Shown piece by piece: positions 1 to 12,787 of a stretch of 64,000 nucleotides of DNA. A model generated the notes under the pieces. That model saw only the letters and a list, made by a program, of their open reading frames with translations. It ran no database searches and had not been told where the DNA came from. Each line of letters opens with the position of its first letter. Within the stretch, counting starts at the first letter, position 1. A program made the position numbers and the translations under genes. This DNA is from Sporopachydermia quercuum (taxonomy: Eukaryota), in the NCBI GenBank assembly GCA_001599295.1, contig BCGN01000005.1:558001-622000 (forward strand), read 5' to 3'.

Positions 1-1107
1 CATCCAGATAAAATCTGTGATCAAGTCTCAGATGCTATTCTTGACGCCTGTTTAGCCCAAGACCCTCACTCCAAGGTTGCCTGCGAAACAGCATCGAAAA
101 CTGGTATGATTATGGTGTTTGGTGAGATCACCACTTCAGCTACAATTGATTTCCAAAAGACAGTTAGAGATACTATTAGAGAGATTGGATACGATTCATC
201 AGACAAAGGATTTGATCATAAGACTTGTAATGTCTTAGTTGCCATTGAAGAACAATCACACGAAATTGCTAAAGGTGTGCATCATGGCCGTGATATTGAA
301 GATATTGGTGCTGGTGATCAGGGAATCATGTTTGGTTATGCAACTGATGAGACAGAAGAATTATTACCATTGACTATCTTATTGGCCCACAAATTGAATA
401 AAGCTCTTGCTGATGCTAGAAGAGATGGTTCTTTGCCATGGTTAAGACCAGATACCAAAACCCAGGTCACTATTGAGTACGTAAATCAAAACGGTGCTAC
501 TATTCCTTTAAGAGTTGATACTGTTGTTGTGTCTACTCAACATGCTGATGAGATCTCAACAGAAGATTTGAGAAAAGCTGTATTAGAGCAGATCATTAAA
601 AAAACAATCCCTGCAAGTTTACTTGATGATAAAACCATTTATCATATTCAACCGTCAGGCAGATTTGTTATTGGTGGGCCTCAAGGTGATGCAGGACTTA
701 CTGGTAGAAAGATCATTGTTGATACTTATGGTGGTTGGGGTGCTCATGGCGGTGGTGCATTTTCTGGTAAAGATTTCTCAAAGGTTGACAGATCCGCTGC
801 CTATGCTGCTAGATGGGTTGCTAAATCATTGGTGGCCGCTGGTTTGGCTAAACGAGCGTTAGTTCAATTTTCTTATGCTATTGGTGTTGCTGAACCATTA
901 TCTATTCATGTTGATACTTATGGTACTTCTAAGTATACATCATCACAATTAGTTGGAATCATACGTGATAATTTTGATTTGAGACCTGGTGTTATTGTTA
1001 GAGATTTAGACCTTGCTAGACCTATATATAGACAAACTGCTGCTTATGGTCATTTTACCAATCAGAGTTATCCATGGGAGAAACCAAGAGCTTTAAAGCT
1101 TGATTAG
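1..1107 (+). CDS. SAM2: S-adenosylmethionine synthetase, 5' end outside the window
   Basis: Frame 1 is open from base 1 ([16 protein letters not shown]). Signature motifs GAGDQG and GGGAFSGKD are present, and the stop TAG is at 1105-1107. SAM1 versus SAM2 cannot be distinguished. Confidence 0.97.
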   Translation, partial: HPDKICDQVSDAILDACLAQDPHSKVACETASKTGMIMVFGEITTSATIDFQKTVRDTIREIGYDSSDKGFDHKTCNVLVAIEEQSHEIAKGVHHGRDIEDIGAGDQGIMFGYATDETEELLPLTILLAHKLNKALADARRDGSLPWLRPDTKTQVTIEYVNQNGATIPLRVDTVVVSTQHADEISTEDLRKAVLEQIIKKTIPASLLDDKTIYHIQPSGRFVIGGPQGDAGLTGRKIIVDTYGGWGAHGGGAFSGKDFSKVDRSAAYAARWVAKSLVAAGLAKRALVQFSYAIGVAEPLSIHVDTYGTSKYTSSQLVGIIRDNFDLRPGVIVRDLDLARPIYRQTAAYGHFTNQSYPWEKPRALKLD

Positions 1108-4100
1108 AAGTGTTCAAGATTGAGGAGATTGTTGAGGATGAGGATTATAACATGATCGTAATAGGTCAATTAGCTATAGGCCAAATGTTAGAATTGGATG
1201 CTGAAAGATAGGATAGTAAGACTGATTACAGCAACAAATGCAAGGGCAAGATAATGTTACTAGAATTGACGTTATAATTTGATTTGAATTTATGTTACTG
1301 GTTATTATCTAATCATCTGTTAATCATAAAGGTGTTGACGGCAATTATTAGTCCGGTACTAATACAGCAGAACAAACTAATCGTTGTCTTATTCTTCTCA
1401 CTAATTGTTATTGGTATTGCTTTTACTTCCATATACATCTACTATTTTACCTCGTTATTTCCATTTCCTTTCCTTTTCGTTTTTCTTCTTTAATCTTTGT
1501 TCTTCTATTCTTTCACCTTTCTTCCTTTCATCTTTTTTTTTCAGTTATGTCACATTAGTTTTGGTTGCTTAATTCAACATTTCAATCATTCAATATTCAT
1601 CTTGGTTTATCAAAAGAAACATGTTTATTTATTCATCAACGGGTTAAATAATGGAAACAATTCAAACGAATCAACGATGTTCTTTATATTTTATCCGATA
1701 TTCGCTATTCGATTTTGTTATAAACTTTTCATTATCATCTATTATTACTGTTGATAATACAAGTATCTTGTAGAACTGGTTATATAGAGAGTTGAGGTTC
1801 AGTATTTAGTAATTATTTTCAAATGAACAGATTGATTATGTAGGAGAAAGATGCTCGGAAACGATGTTTGCTCCCTGCCCAGGATTTTGGTTAATGTAGT
1901 ACAGTGATCTATGATCTATAATCTGTGGATTTATGATAGTGTGCAGGATAAGTTTTCATGATAAATGATAAAAGATGATAGCTGATCATGGTATAACAAT
2001 GACTGCATTGGAATAATCTAGTAAAAAAAAAATATGCATGAAAAGAAATAGAATATGCAGTGAACAAGATATGTGATAATGATAATAGCAAGCAATCACA
2101 GCAGCATACCAGTATACCAGCATACAAAAAAGTCATACAATCCATAAGTATTCAATTACATACAAGAATATATCATCAGGTAGAAGATTGGAAAAAGAAA
2201 TCAACTCTTTTAGTGCTGCCTGCAAATACATAAATGCTGATATTTTTCTGGAAATCGAACTGAATCATTAGAAGGAAGTAATAGGGAAACCAGGGCAAGA
2301 GATCCGGATTCGACGAGGAGAAAATCACTTTCAAAACAATCATTCCCAACAGAATCATCAATAAATGGATTGCAATACTTTATACTAGATAGTTTATAAT
2401 TGAATAGAGCAGAGCAGAAGAGAAAAGAATGAATCTCGTTTCTCGTGCTATTTCTTATTATTCTCATAATATAAGTTCTATATTATAGGTTCTATTCTGG
2501 ATCATAATATTATAAGCTGTATTGTAGCATCTGAATAGCTTCATGAGAATACATTTTTTAATCCGTTTACTGCTCTGTCAGTTTCTGTGACATTTCCCAT
2601 ATCCTTCTCCATGCCAATCAACTTATTATTTGAATATCTTAATGGCACGGCAATCGTTATGACGCAAGCAATAGATAAATTATAGGTCACAGTATATTAC
2701 AATATAGTAGAATTCTCATATTATTTGATATAATATGATCTAATGTGATATTCAATAATTGGCGAAATACTAGTCAGAATCCTATTAAATCTACGCCGTT
2801 CGTTCGACGCACATGTAATCCTACGAGTTCTAGAGCATAATGAGTGAGAGCATCTCAGTAGTTATATTTATTAATAAAAAGAATATCATGGTTTTCTGTC
2901 ACTACGTCTAAAATTTTACTATTCTGGTAATTACAGTAATTTCCTTTATATTATAGTGTCGATGTTCACAGCTATCTGCACTATTCCTCATCATACAAAA
3001 TAGCACTTTCCATAAGATTATCTCCTGTCTTACAATAAAAAAAATCATATCGTAATCGGTTATATGGGCAAATGGCAAACATTTAACAGAGAAATCTATA
3101 ATAACAGGTCTTATCAAAATATAAAGGCAGAATAGTATCTCTGGTGATTTAATCTTATGTTAGAATGGAGTGTAGCTGCCATGTGGAATAGAATAGCATA
3201 GCTATGCTTTTTGCTTTATTGTTGTTTCTCCCTTCNAAAGCATTCTCAAAATTTATTATAATTCAGCTTAAAATGAATAATTAATAAAATATTTTTCTTT
3301 TTTTGCTTTTTCTCATCGTCAGATTTGGTGAATAAGCAGAAAACTCAACTGGCAATTGACTTCTAGAAGAGCAATAGATGCTGCATTTCAAGAAACTTCT
3401 TATATCTTTCACTTTATGTCATAGAAGCAGTAAATTAATTATTATTATTATTGTTATGTTAGTAGAAACAAGTATTAATAATTACTAACGTAACTTAAAT
3501 CATATAGACCAAACAAAGAAAACAAATAAAACAAATGATCTAACAGGAATCTCGTTATTCTATAACCTACCCAAGCCGTTTTATTATTCATAGCGTTCCG
3601 GTTCATCTAATAGTAAGCAGTTAGACGTAATGATAATACATAAAAAGAAATCAGTAAATGAATAAAGAGACAAATAAAAATAAGAAAGAAAGGAGGATAT
3701 GAAAGAAATGTTGATGAATTCTCTATCAGATATAGCGTTTCAGTTATAACGCCAATAGCTGATTTTTTCTCTAATGGTTGATAATGTGATGATACTCTTG
3801 TATTATTGTATTCTTGTTTTCAAAGAGAAACAGCAACTCAATTGCATCTCAGTTGACACAGTGATCCTGAATTCACTTAGTACAAGCAAATCACCAACAA
3901 CTCGTATTTGATTAATCTTGAAATTGCAGTTTGTAGCCGATATATTCAGGTATTAAGAATAATTCCAAGAAAAAACATCCCAAATTCGATTTAAATCATA
4001 AGGCAATGGCTTCCTTCGCTTCCTTTGCTGATAAACGAGTCATTGATTTGTGTGCATACATTTTATTCAAGCTTGTCCATAGAAGTATGATATCAGTGCC

Positions 4101-4237
4101 TGCACCCAATTGCCTCTTGGTACATGAAGACATCAAGACAAAACATTTTGCTGCTTTTATCAATTGTGATTAATGATGAAATTGTAGATAGTCGTTTGTT
4201 TAGTGCTTTTGGTTTTGATGGATCTATTATATTACAT

Positions 4238-4367
4238 TATGCATTCTGTATGATAGATGGTGTANTGTACGTTGAACCCTGTGCATAGATCTATAATATT
4301 GCATAGTGCATTATGCATTCTGTATTGTGCATTCTGTATTGTGCATGTGCATTCTACCGTACTGCAT
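4238..4367 (+). repeat. Degenerate minisatellite built on TGCATTCTGTATTG
   Basis: Two exact 14-mers at 4314-4327 and 4328-4341, a related copy at 4238-4251, and nine TGCAT pentamers between 4240 and 4367. Confidence 0.8.
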
Positions 4368-5495
4368 AAGTTAATCATGGAGATATTGTGCTATGGGAAA
4401 TGAGTACATCTGGTGCCAAGCAAACAATAGCAGTTATTCAAGCAAGGAAAATCAAATATTTGTTAATAGTATCATTGCAAGTGATATTCTTCATGACTTT
4501 CCTTGTATTCCTTATTCCTAATAGTTACTGTTTTGTCGATAGTTTTCTGTTGATAGANAACTTTCAACAATTGTATGGAACACCATAACCATAACCAATA
4601 AAGGACACTAGGGCGCTCAGTTTATCTTTAGATTGTCACAATCTCTGGTTCCTATGACATTGAATAACGTCTATCAAATTTCTAAGTTATTTATTGATGT
4701 TTTTAGTTGTTCTTCTAACATAAAAACAACAATAATAAGATGCATGACCAGGAAAACAGTTTTGTTTGACCATTTGCAGGCACTTTTCATTTATAAAATG
4801 CCGCAATTCCCGATTGCAGCTAAGAAAAAAAATTCGAAGAGGGGCTTCACAATTGCTATCATATTTGTTTGCTGTTCATTAACACACTCTTTCATCAACC
4901 ATTTGCTTTGCTAACCTTTAGTATGTGTATCAAAAGCTATAATAAGCCGCAAGTCGCGAACTGCAAGTCTCCTTGAATAACATCTATGAAATGTTAAGTA
5001 CTTTGTAGTACTGCTGTTTACATAGCACTCAGAAGCTGATAAGCCATTAGCATCGTAGACAGTCTTACTCTATCATTCTATCGTAGTCAGCTAATAGTTC
5101 AATTCATCCAATATTTGTTGNTGATTAAGTAAATAATAGTTATTCCTTCTGTCTGTATACTCATTATGATACAAAAGTACAGCAGAGTGGAATATACATG
5201 TTTGATCNTCCTACTCTATAGTAAAATGTCATCTCAAACGTGCATCTCCCATCAGAAGATAGCAGTACAAGTAAATAGTATCAATAGCAATTCAAAAAAG
5301 GTCGTTTAATACTTATTTCGAATGATCTGCTCATTTTATTTCTACTCGCTCTTAATTCTAAACGCATCGAANGTTGATNTTGCATTATGTAGTTATTCAA
5401 AATGCCCATTAATAAACTTAACAATCCAGTTTTCCAGCTCTTCACCNTCTTCTTCTGCAGGTGCTTCCTCCTGTTTCTCCTTCTCCCGTACACCT

Positions 5496-7379
5496 TCACT
5501 TGCTTGTTTCCTTGTCTATAGCTGTTAGTTTAGGTGAATGCATAGGTGTAGCCAATGGTGTATGATCAGGGGTGTTATTTACACTTGCAAGATTGAACAA
5601 TGAGCTTCCAGTGGATGAAAATGATCCTCCATGAGCATTAGAAAATCCTGCACCAGCACCAAAGCCTAATTGACCATGAAACGATGAAATCCCACTCCCA
5701 TGTCCATTGTTCTGGGAATACATAATACTTGGTAAGGATTTCTCATGGCGTATGAAAGTCTGCGTAGGAGATGCTGGGGGCAACAGTACTGGTGAATTGG
5801 GTCTTGATTTCTTAGCTCTAAAAGCTTCCGCCAGACTTTCATGACTCTGATCATGATCCGCAGGAATAAGAAAAGAAGCTGCAGTTGCAGGTTTTCCATG
5901 GTTTAATGGGNGAATTGTAGGCGATTTGAAGGTAGACTTNGTTTCACTGTTCCCGTTATTGGCACAGCTGTTCAATGAATTGTGAGAAGAAGATCTCGAA
6001 AGTGGCGCTGATGAGTCTCCTGGTGACGAGAATCCTGACCCTGGACCTGAACCTGTAGTGAATGTGGGTTTTATAGATGTGATATGAGGAACTGACGACA
6101 ACGTTTTGTTGAATTTGGGATTGGGAAATGTGCCCGATGTTGATAGTTGAGACCCGTTACTATTATTGTTCTTACTAGTGTTGTTGTTATTGGCATTATC
6201 ATTGTTGTTATTATTGCTATTGGTACTAGGATGATGGAGACCATCGTCCATGTTAATTCCAGCAGCAGGAAGCTCGTTTTTGTTGATGCTGTAGAGAAGA
6301 TCTGACATAGAAGGTAACGCGCTGTTACTATTAGGATTTTTGAAGTATGATGATAGCGATGGTGATGATTTGGTATTCTTTAAAAAGGATGGTAATGGTC
6401 CAGGGCTCCGCTGTGCTGGGTTAAAAGCAGTGGGGGCGCTTGGAGCTGATGGCTGCGGTTGGGAAGGCACTTGAACCGGTTCTGGTTTGAATTCCTTGAG
6501 CTTTGGAATGTTTGTGTAAGAGCTTGTACGTGATGCAGGTAAAGATAGCGGAGGCAGCATTAGAGAGTGAACTGTTGCATGTGACGGGAGATTTTGCTGA
6601 TCTGCCACGATGTATATTGGTTGAGGCTGAGATTGATGTTGAGCACTTGGCTGCTGTGGCTGGGTCTGAGATAGGCCATATTGCGACAGAGAGGCTAATG
6701 AGGCTGAGGAATGGATAGGCGATGTGGGCAGTGAACGATGAGCAAAGGCCTTCTGCGCAAAATCCGACTGTGGTGCAGCCCGGATAATAGATACCGGTTG
6801 TTGATTCAGTATATAGACAGGATTGCCATTTGAAAACGGTAGATTAACTGAGGTCGTGGCATATACTGGCTGTACCACAGAGGTACCACCTATACTGTAA
6901 GTGTTCACTGGTATTAGTGTTGCTGGTGACTGCTGAGCCATGATAGGTTGTCCTAATGAGTCAGTCATGTAAATACTTTGACCTGTAGCATCAGTAGCAC
7001 CCGGTCCGTGTACTTGAGCTTGCACTGGGGTCTGAGACTGTGCTACTGCTTGCGCTTGCGCTTGAGCCTGCGCTTGCGCATGTGCTTGCTGAGCTTTCTG
7101 TCTATTGCGACGAGAAGAAGGATTGGAATGAATGCGAGAGTGTCTTGTTAGCTCATCGGAACGAGAAAACCGTTTGGTACATCCAGGAAATGAACAAGCA
7201 TGGGGTTTTTCTCCCGTATGAGTTCTAATGTGCCTTGTTTGATGCTCCAGTCTATGGAAAGCCTTATTGCACATAGGGCATTTGAAAGGTCGATTAGGAT
7301 CATCACTGCTGCTGTTTCCTGATTTCTCCTTTGAAGCCAGGTTTCCCTGGTTGTTGTTTTCAAGTTCAGAGTTAGACAT
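5496..7379 (-). CDS. MIG1: CreA/Mig1-type C2H2 zinc-finger carbon catabolite repressor
   Basis: Two fingers [51 protein letters not shown], plus the CreA-like conserved region KKSRPNSP...[18 protein letters not shown] and N-rich tracts are present. Confidence 0.9.
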   Translation of the reverse strand: MSNSELENNNQGNLASKEKSGNSSSDDPNRPFKCPMCNKAFHRLEHQTRHIRTHTGEKPHACSFPGCTKRFSRSDELTRHSRIHSNPSSRRNRQKAQQAHAQAQAQAQAQAVAQSQTPVQAQVHGPGATDATGQSIYMTDSLGQPIMAQQSPATLIPVNTYSIGGTSVVQPVYATTSVNLPFSNGNPVYILNQQPVSIIRAAPQSDFAQKAFAHRSLPTSPIHSSASLASLSQYGLSQTQPQQPSAQHQSQPQPIYIVADQQNLPSHATVHSLMLPPLSLPASRTSSYTNIPKLKEFKPEPVQVPSQPQPSAPSAPTAFNPAQRSPGPLPSFLKNTKSSPSLSSYFKNPNSNSALPSMSDLLYSINKNELPAAGINMDDGLHHPSTNSNNNNNDNANNNNTSKNNNSNGSQLSTSGTFPNPKFNKTLSSVPHITSIKPTFTTGSGPGSGFSSPGDSSAPLSRSSSHNSLNSCANNGNSEXKSTFKSPTIXPLNHGKPATAASFLIPADHDQSHESLAEAFRAKKSRPNSPVLLPPASPTQTFIRHEKSLPSIMYSQNNGHGSGISSFHGQLGFGAGAGFSNAHGGSFSSTGSSLFNLASVNNTPDHTPLATPMHSPKLTAIDKETSK

Positions 7380-7973
7380 TTTGCACTGGCTATCTGTAAG
7401 CTATTCTATTTTATTCTATTATATTCTACTGTATAATTCTGTTTGCCCAGTGGTGTAATGAAGCTTTCTCTAATTAGTATACGAACGATAAACTGTTGGT
7501 GGTCACTAAGAGTTGTTGTCTTGCGATATGCTATCCAAATGCCAAAAATGCTTTCTGATAATTTCGGGTGATGTCAAATGAAAATAATTGTATGAAATAC
7601 AGAATCATGAGCACTTCCTATAGGATTCAGTGTATGAATTGCTGTTCCTCTTCCAGTTTCTGCTTCTGTTCCTACTCTCTTGTTTATATCACAATCTGCG
7701 CACTGTTGGCAGTAGAAAGCTTCCTTGATCTATTCACAGGAATACTTTTTATTTCTTCCTTGCTACATTCGCATGGACTTAAAGGGTTTAATGTATACTT
7801 AAAAAACCACTGGTAGGTGTAAGTTTATGTATATAATCAGTCATTTATTCTTCGCTGTTTATCGTGGTAACAGAATTGTTACAGACCAAACAGAAAAGCT
7901 GTTTTTTGATAGAAGCCGGAAAAAAAGGTATAAATGAGACAAAAAAAAGGAAAGACTTTTCAGTATACTTTAA

Positions 7974-8170
7974 AGGGGGGCGGCGGGAGACTGGGTCTGG
8001 GAAGGTCTGAAGTGTATTGGCAGTACGAGAGCAAGTAGGATAGTGATAAGAATGAGGATGAGGGTAAAGAAAGAAGCAGATAGCTGTAATGGTAAAAGTA
8101 AGATTATTACAGGCAAATAAGGAGAAAATGTGGCTTTTTGTGCGTATGTGTGTGTGTGGTGGGGTAGGGG
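7974..8170. promoter_or_regulatory. G-rich upstream elements of the Mig1/CreA gene (STRE-like AGGGG, Mig1-type GTGGGG)
   Basis: AGGGG at 7974 and 8166, and GTGGGG at 8159-8164. These lie 0.6-0.8 kb upstream of the ATG in otherwise AT-rich DNA. Confidence 0.45.
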
Positions 8171-10075
8171 GATTTTAAAGGGATTCCTTCAACATTGAAC
8201 GAGCTAATGAAGTATGAATTGAGTGNCAGGAAGACTCTTGGCTAAATGGATGAATAGGGGTCTATCGTATCGTGGGTTAATGAGCTGCTGTAATGAAATC
8301 TACACTACGTAAGATGTAATTACTTCTGAAATGTATGTCATTTGTGGACAAGTATGAATCAATATAGGAACAGAAGATGGTTTTAGCGAAAGTTGCGTTA
8401 GGTTTTGACATATTTTCTGTAACTAGAGTAATTGCGTTGATGTAATCGAATATAAACTAAAATGATATTGTGGAACTACATACCATCGGTTCGCTAATTA
8501 AGGATCTCTCGTGTTTTCATGGATAGATGGTAGATAGGAAGAATATACTACATTGGAATCTAGCTTTCTATATCATATCTTATGACTCAACAATGACTCG
8601 ACAATATCACGAAAGTTGATGACAACAGACATTGCTTANTACTAGTTGTCCTTAGCATTTACCTGCTTCCTGTGTCAAATTCTATCATCTATCTTTATCG
8701 TTTATGGCATGGCTTTCTCACATGCCAGCCAAAGCAGATGAACGGGATAAATTAAGGGTCTAGAACGATAAAAGTGCTACACTGAGGGAAGACGCAAGGT
8801 GTGATAATTGACAGGAAGGGGTACAAGAGGATAGAAAGAATAGAATATCAACGAAAATGAAGTGTCAAGGGCTGGAGTATTATGTTCTCCTATCGTTAAA
8901 TAACTAGAAACACTGAAAAATAACATTATTTTGCAGTCTATTTATCGTAACTTGATCATGTATGAACGCCGTACTTTTTAAGGATATCATGTGAAATTAC
9001 AACCAGCGTTACGTATAAGTAGTCTCTGTTATTATGGACTTGGTATTAACATTAAAGTTAGATTAACTCAATCTTGCATACACATGCAGCAAGAATATAT
9101 ATCTTTAGATAGTATAAACAAAAGAGACTTGACATGATATTAATAGAATGAAAGTTGGGATGATATAAGGAGATCAATGTTAGATTCTAGTTGCTAATTT
9201 TCCTGTAAATTATAGGTGTTTCATTTACCATGGATGTACTTTCCATAGAAATAATCATTGCATTCATAGATAATTCTGACAGAAACCTTATTTAGAAGTT
9301 TTTCCGAAAACTATAATTATATACGCGCACTGAATCGCTTTCTTTTTACTGGGTGAAATGAGGCTCATTACATTTCAACGACATGAGATAACGAGGTGNA
9401 TTGCTAATAAGGATATGAGAATATCGAAAATCTTTAAAGTACGATGAGTGATAACATTATATTACTGTATGTCTTGCTTGGCTGACTTTGGTGATTTTGA
9501 ATGTAGGCCCTGTTGTCTGTATATAAGATCGTTCTGATACTAAGTGATGCCACACTGTCATCCCAACCAAAGACTTCTACTTGATTTGACAAATATGCTA
9601 TAAATCGGAAAAGTAAAAAATTATCATTGTTTTAGTGAAATTATAAGCATACAGTGATTTGTGATGTTGGCAATTATTATTATATAATCTGGAGAATGAG
9701 AAACATGAATGGCGCTGCCTTCTATGATTGCACTTAGTTATTGAGCACCAATCTCGTGATCGATCTGTAGTTTATTCTTTTGTTACATTGGCAACAAAGG
9801 AACGAAAATTGTACAAACGATTCATCATTATTATTGGTTTCAATCGAAGAGCTATACGAAAGTCATTATCGGCACTTCAACCAAGATTCTTACTTGTATC
9901 CATTAACCATGAAAGAGCCTCCTGTTGCATTCCGTGAAACCCGACTCATTATTCACGTTCGGTCACATTCATATTCANATAATTGTATATTCAACATTCA
10001 GCTGATCATAAACCAACCATTGTTGATTATATAGTACAGGAAATCTGAGAACCAGGTGAGCGATTTATTGCATTT

Positions 10076-10736
10076 CTATCGGCCACCAGTGAATCCTGGT
10101 GGAGGTTGAAAACCACCAGGTACAGCACCAAAACCTCCTGTTCTAACAGGCCCTGCCAATCCGGGAACGAACCCCTGAGGTTTAATACTGACTGGCTTCA
10201 TAATACCAGGACCTGGTTGTATCGCTTTATTTCTAGGAATTGCATCAGATGCAGGAGGGGCTTCTACTGTTAATGAAATGATTTGTTCTCCTCTTAGTAT
10301 AACTAGTCCCAAATTTCGTTTTTCCTCCACTGGTGTCACATCGGCTAATCTGTTTTCAGCTGCTGCTATCTTCAACTCTATCTTTGATTTCTTCGTTAAC
10401 CTGTATTCTTCAGTCTCTGCTAACACGAGATTCATATGCTATTTCTTGCATTAGTATTCGATAATCTATCAATCAAGCAGAAGTCGAGAAAAACATCGGT
10501 TTTTCCGTAGTTTAAACATACCTTATCAAATGCAAGAAGCTCACCAATTAATTGTCTACTATCATTGGTTATAACACGGATCCGATAGTGAATTAAATCC
10601 GCCATCTTGGTCTTTTTAGTCACACTTATAATCGACTAGACATAGTTGGTTAGTTAGTTGCCTCATCTAAACAGGATCCTTTTTTAAATCATTTTATTCC
10701 TATTCTCAACGTAATCCTTTTAATCTTACTTACCAT
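10076..10736 (-). CDS. SMB1: Spliceosomal Sm protein B, three exons (10736-10734, 10635-10522, 10438-10076), about 159 aa
   Basis: Spliced product M|SIISVTKKTKMADLIHYRIRVITNDSRQLIGELLAFDK|HMNLVLAETEEYR...LGLVILRGEQIISLTVEAPP carries the Sm1 and Sm2 motifs and a G/P-rich tail. Both introns are phase 0. Confidence 0.95.
10439..10521 (-). other. SMB1 intron 2 (83 nt)
   Basis: GTATGT donor, TACTAAT branch and TAG acceptor. Removal restores the conserved FDK-HMNL. Confidence 0.93.
10636..10733 (-). other. SMB1 intron 1 (98 nt) after an ATG-only first coding exon
   Basis: ATG|GTAAGT donor, tandem AACTAACTAAC branch and TAG acceptor. The frame is preserved. Confidence 0.85.
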
Positions 10737-11233
10737 TGTGAATTCGCTAGGTTTTACTTCTATTGCTAAATCCTTTTACCTCTACCTTCTCCTTTTACAC
10801 GCTAGTCCCAACCAGATAAAACTACTACAAATTACCAACAAAGGAGAAGCAATCCAGTTTCAAGCTCCTGAGTTAATCTATAACAAATTCTAAATATAAT
10901 ATTTCATATTTAATATATACTATACACTATATTGTTCTGACACATTGATAACACACTATCGCATTATAAGGTAGAACATATTTTTATTTGATGCTACAAA
11001 AGGAATTAGACTATCACCACACCCAAACATCTTTAAATTTCACTGGCTCATCTTTCCATTCTTGCAATTGCAAACGTGAAATGTGATTTATGTCGTTGTG
11101 AGTTGGAATTACAAGAGCTTTATAATTGAATGAGGATATAATAAGTCATTGTATTGTTTGTTGTATTCAATGCAGTTAATGTAGAATTCTTGGCCGAATA
11201 GTTGAAGCATTAACAAGAAGATATAGGGAAAAG

Positions 11234-11791
11234 ATGAGTGAAATTGAAAATGCTGAGAAAGTAGGGGAAGAAGTAGAGGAAACGACTGAAGCTGTTTCTG
11301 AAGACAAACCTGCAGACACCCGGGAAGAAACCAAAGAAGAAGTAGAAAGTAAGCCTGAAGAAAAGAAGGAAGGCGCTGAAAGCCTTGAAATAGCGTCCAA
11401 AGAAGAACCTAAGGAAGAATTTAAGGAGGGATCTAAGGAGGATCCTGATAAGAAACGAAAAGCTGGCGATAAGCATAAGAAACAGAAGAAACGGAAACAC
11501 AGTCGTTATGATGATCTTCCAGAAGATAAATCATCCGAAGAAGAAGAATCCGAATCTAATGATGAGGATTATGAGGTTGACGCGTTAAGTGATGATGATG
11601 TTTTGGATGAAATTGATACGAGTAACATTATTTATGGTTCTCGAACAAGAGGAAAGAAGATCGACTTCAAGAAGGCCGCTGAGTTGATTGATCAAGAAAA
11701 AGGTGCTTTATCTAAAAGTGAAGGAAAGTCTGCCCTTGCTGATGATGATAATGATGATGAAAATGATGACGAGTTTGTAGCTAACGATTAA
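11234..11791 (+). CDS. CHZ1: Histone H2A.Z chaperone Chz1
   Basis: Acidic 185 aa protein with the CHZ motif DEIDTSNIIYGSRTRGKKIDFKKAAE. It lies between SMB1 and YPT31 as in S. cerevisiae. Confidence 0.92.
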   Translation: MSEIENAEKVGEEVEETTEAVSEDKPADTREETKEEVESKPEEKKEGAESLEIASKEEPKEEFKEGSKEDPDKKRKAGDKHKKQKKRKHSRYDDLPEDKSSEEEESESNDEDYEVDALSDDDVLDEIDTSNIIYGSRTRGKKIDFKKAAELIDQEKGALSKSEGKSALADDDNDDENDDEFVAND

Positions 11792-12069
11792 AAGGACACG
11801 AAAGTTTCTGTATTGTGTTGTAAAATAAATAATAGTTATTAAGATCAGTGTGTAGTAAAATGAATCATTGAACAAATTACTGTAAAAGAAAGTTTATAAG
11901 AGAAGCAGACAGCCGAAAGAAAAGACAAATTCTACAATTCTACAACTCTAGGTGAATTCTCTTGGAACACTTTCAAACATTAGCCAGTGCCTTTAAAAGT
12001 TAAGTATCTGATAGTGAAACTAGCATCATACAAACAAAAAAGTAACCCCCCTTTAATTATGTAAACAGA

Positions 12070-12787
12070 TTAACAGCAGTTATTCTTGCTTGACTTTTCA
12101 TCTTTTGGAGGAGGTGTTAAAGTAATTGTTGGTCCTGAACTATTTGCTGGTTTACTATCATATTCATTTGAATCTATGTTATTAGCAGCTGTGTTGACAT
12201 AAATTTCCCTCAATAGACGATGGAATGCTAATTCTACATTATCAGCTTTCAAAGCAGACGCCTCAGTGAATAGTAATCCGTTTTCTTCCGCAAAAGCTTT
12301 TGCCTCATCTATGGATACTGCACGAATATGATCTAAATCGGATTTATTACCAACGAGTTCAATCACAATTTGAGGGTCAGCGTGTTCTTTTAATTCTCGT
12401 AACCATCGACTTAAACTCTCGTATGATTTGGGTGAAGTGATGTCATAAACGAGTAATGCGCCAACTGCACCTCTATAATAAGCAGCGGTAATTGCTCTGT
12501 ATCGTTCCTGACCTGCGGTATCCCAAATTTGAGCTTTAATCCGCTTATTATCAATAGTAACAGTTCTGGTTGCAAACTCAACACCAATTGTGCTTCGAGA
12601 TTCTAAATTGAACTCATTTCTAGTGAATCTGCTTAACAGATTAGATTTACCGACACTGGAGTCTCCAATCAAAACAACTATTATCTCCAGTTAGTTAATT
12701 GACTAGTCGTCATAAATATAAGCAACAAATCCACAAATACGTACTTTTGAAAAGATATTCGTAGTCAATAGCAAACTCATCAGCCAT
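12070..12787 (-). CDS. YPT31: Rab11-family GTPase Ypt31/32, two exons (12787-12745, 12677-12070)
   Basis: Spliced N-terminus [27 protein letters not shown], then [27 protein letters not shown] and a C-terminal CC prenylation site. Confidence 0.96.
12678..12744 (-). other. YPT31 intron (67 nt, phase 1)
   Basis: GTACGT donor, AACTAAC branch and TAG acceptor. Removal restores YLFK-IVLIGD. Confidence 0.93.

Noticed and set aside
7999..8010. GGGAAGGTCTGA resembles the vertebrate RNase P RNA CR-I motif
   Set aside because: I saw no complementary TCAGAC-type CR-V partner downstream, and yeast RNase P uses a different P4 sequence.
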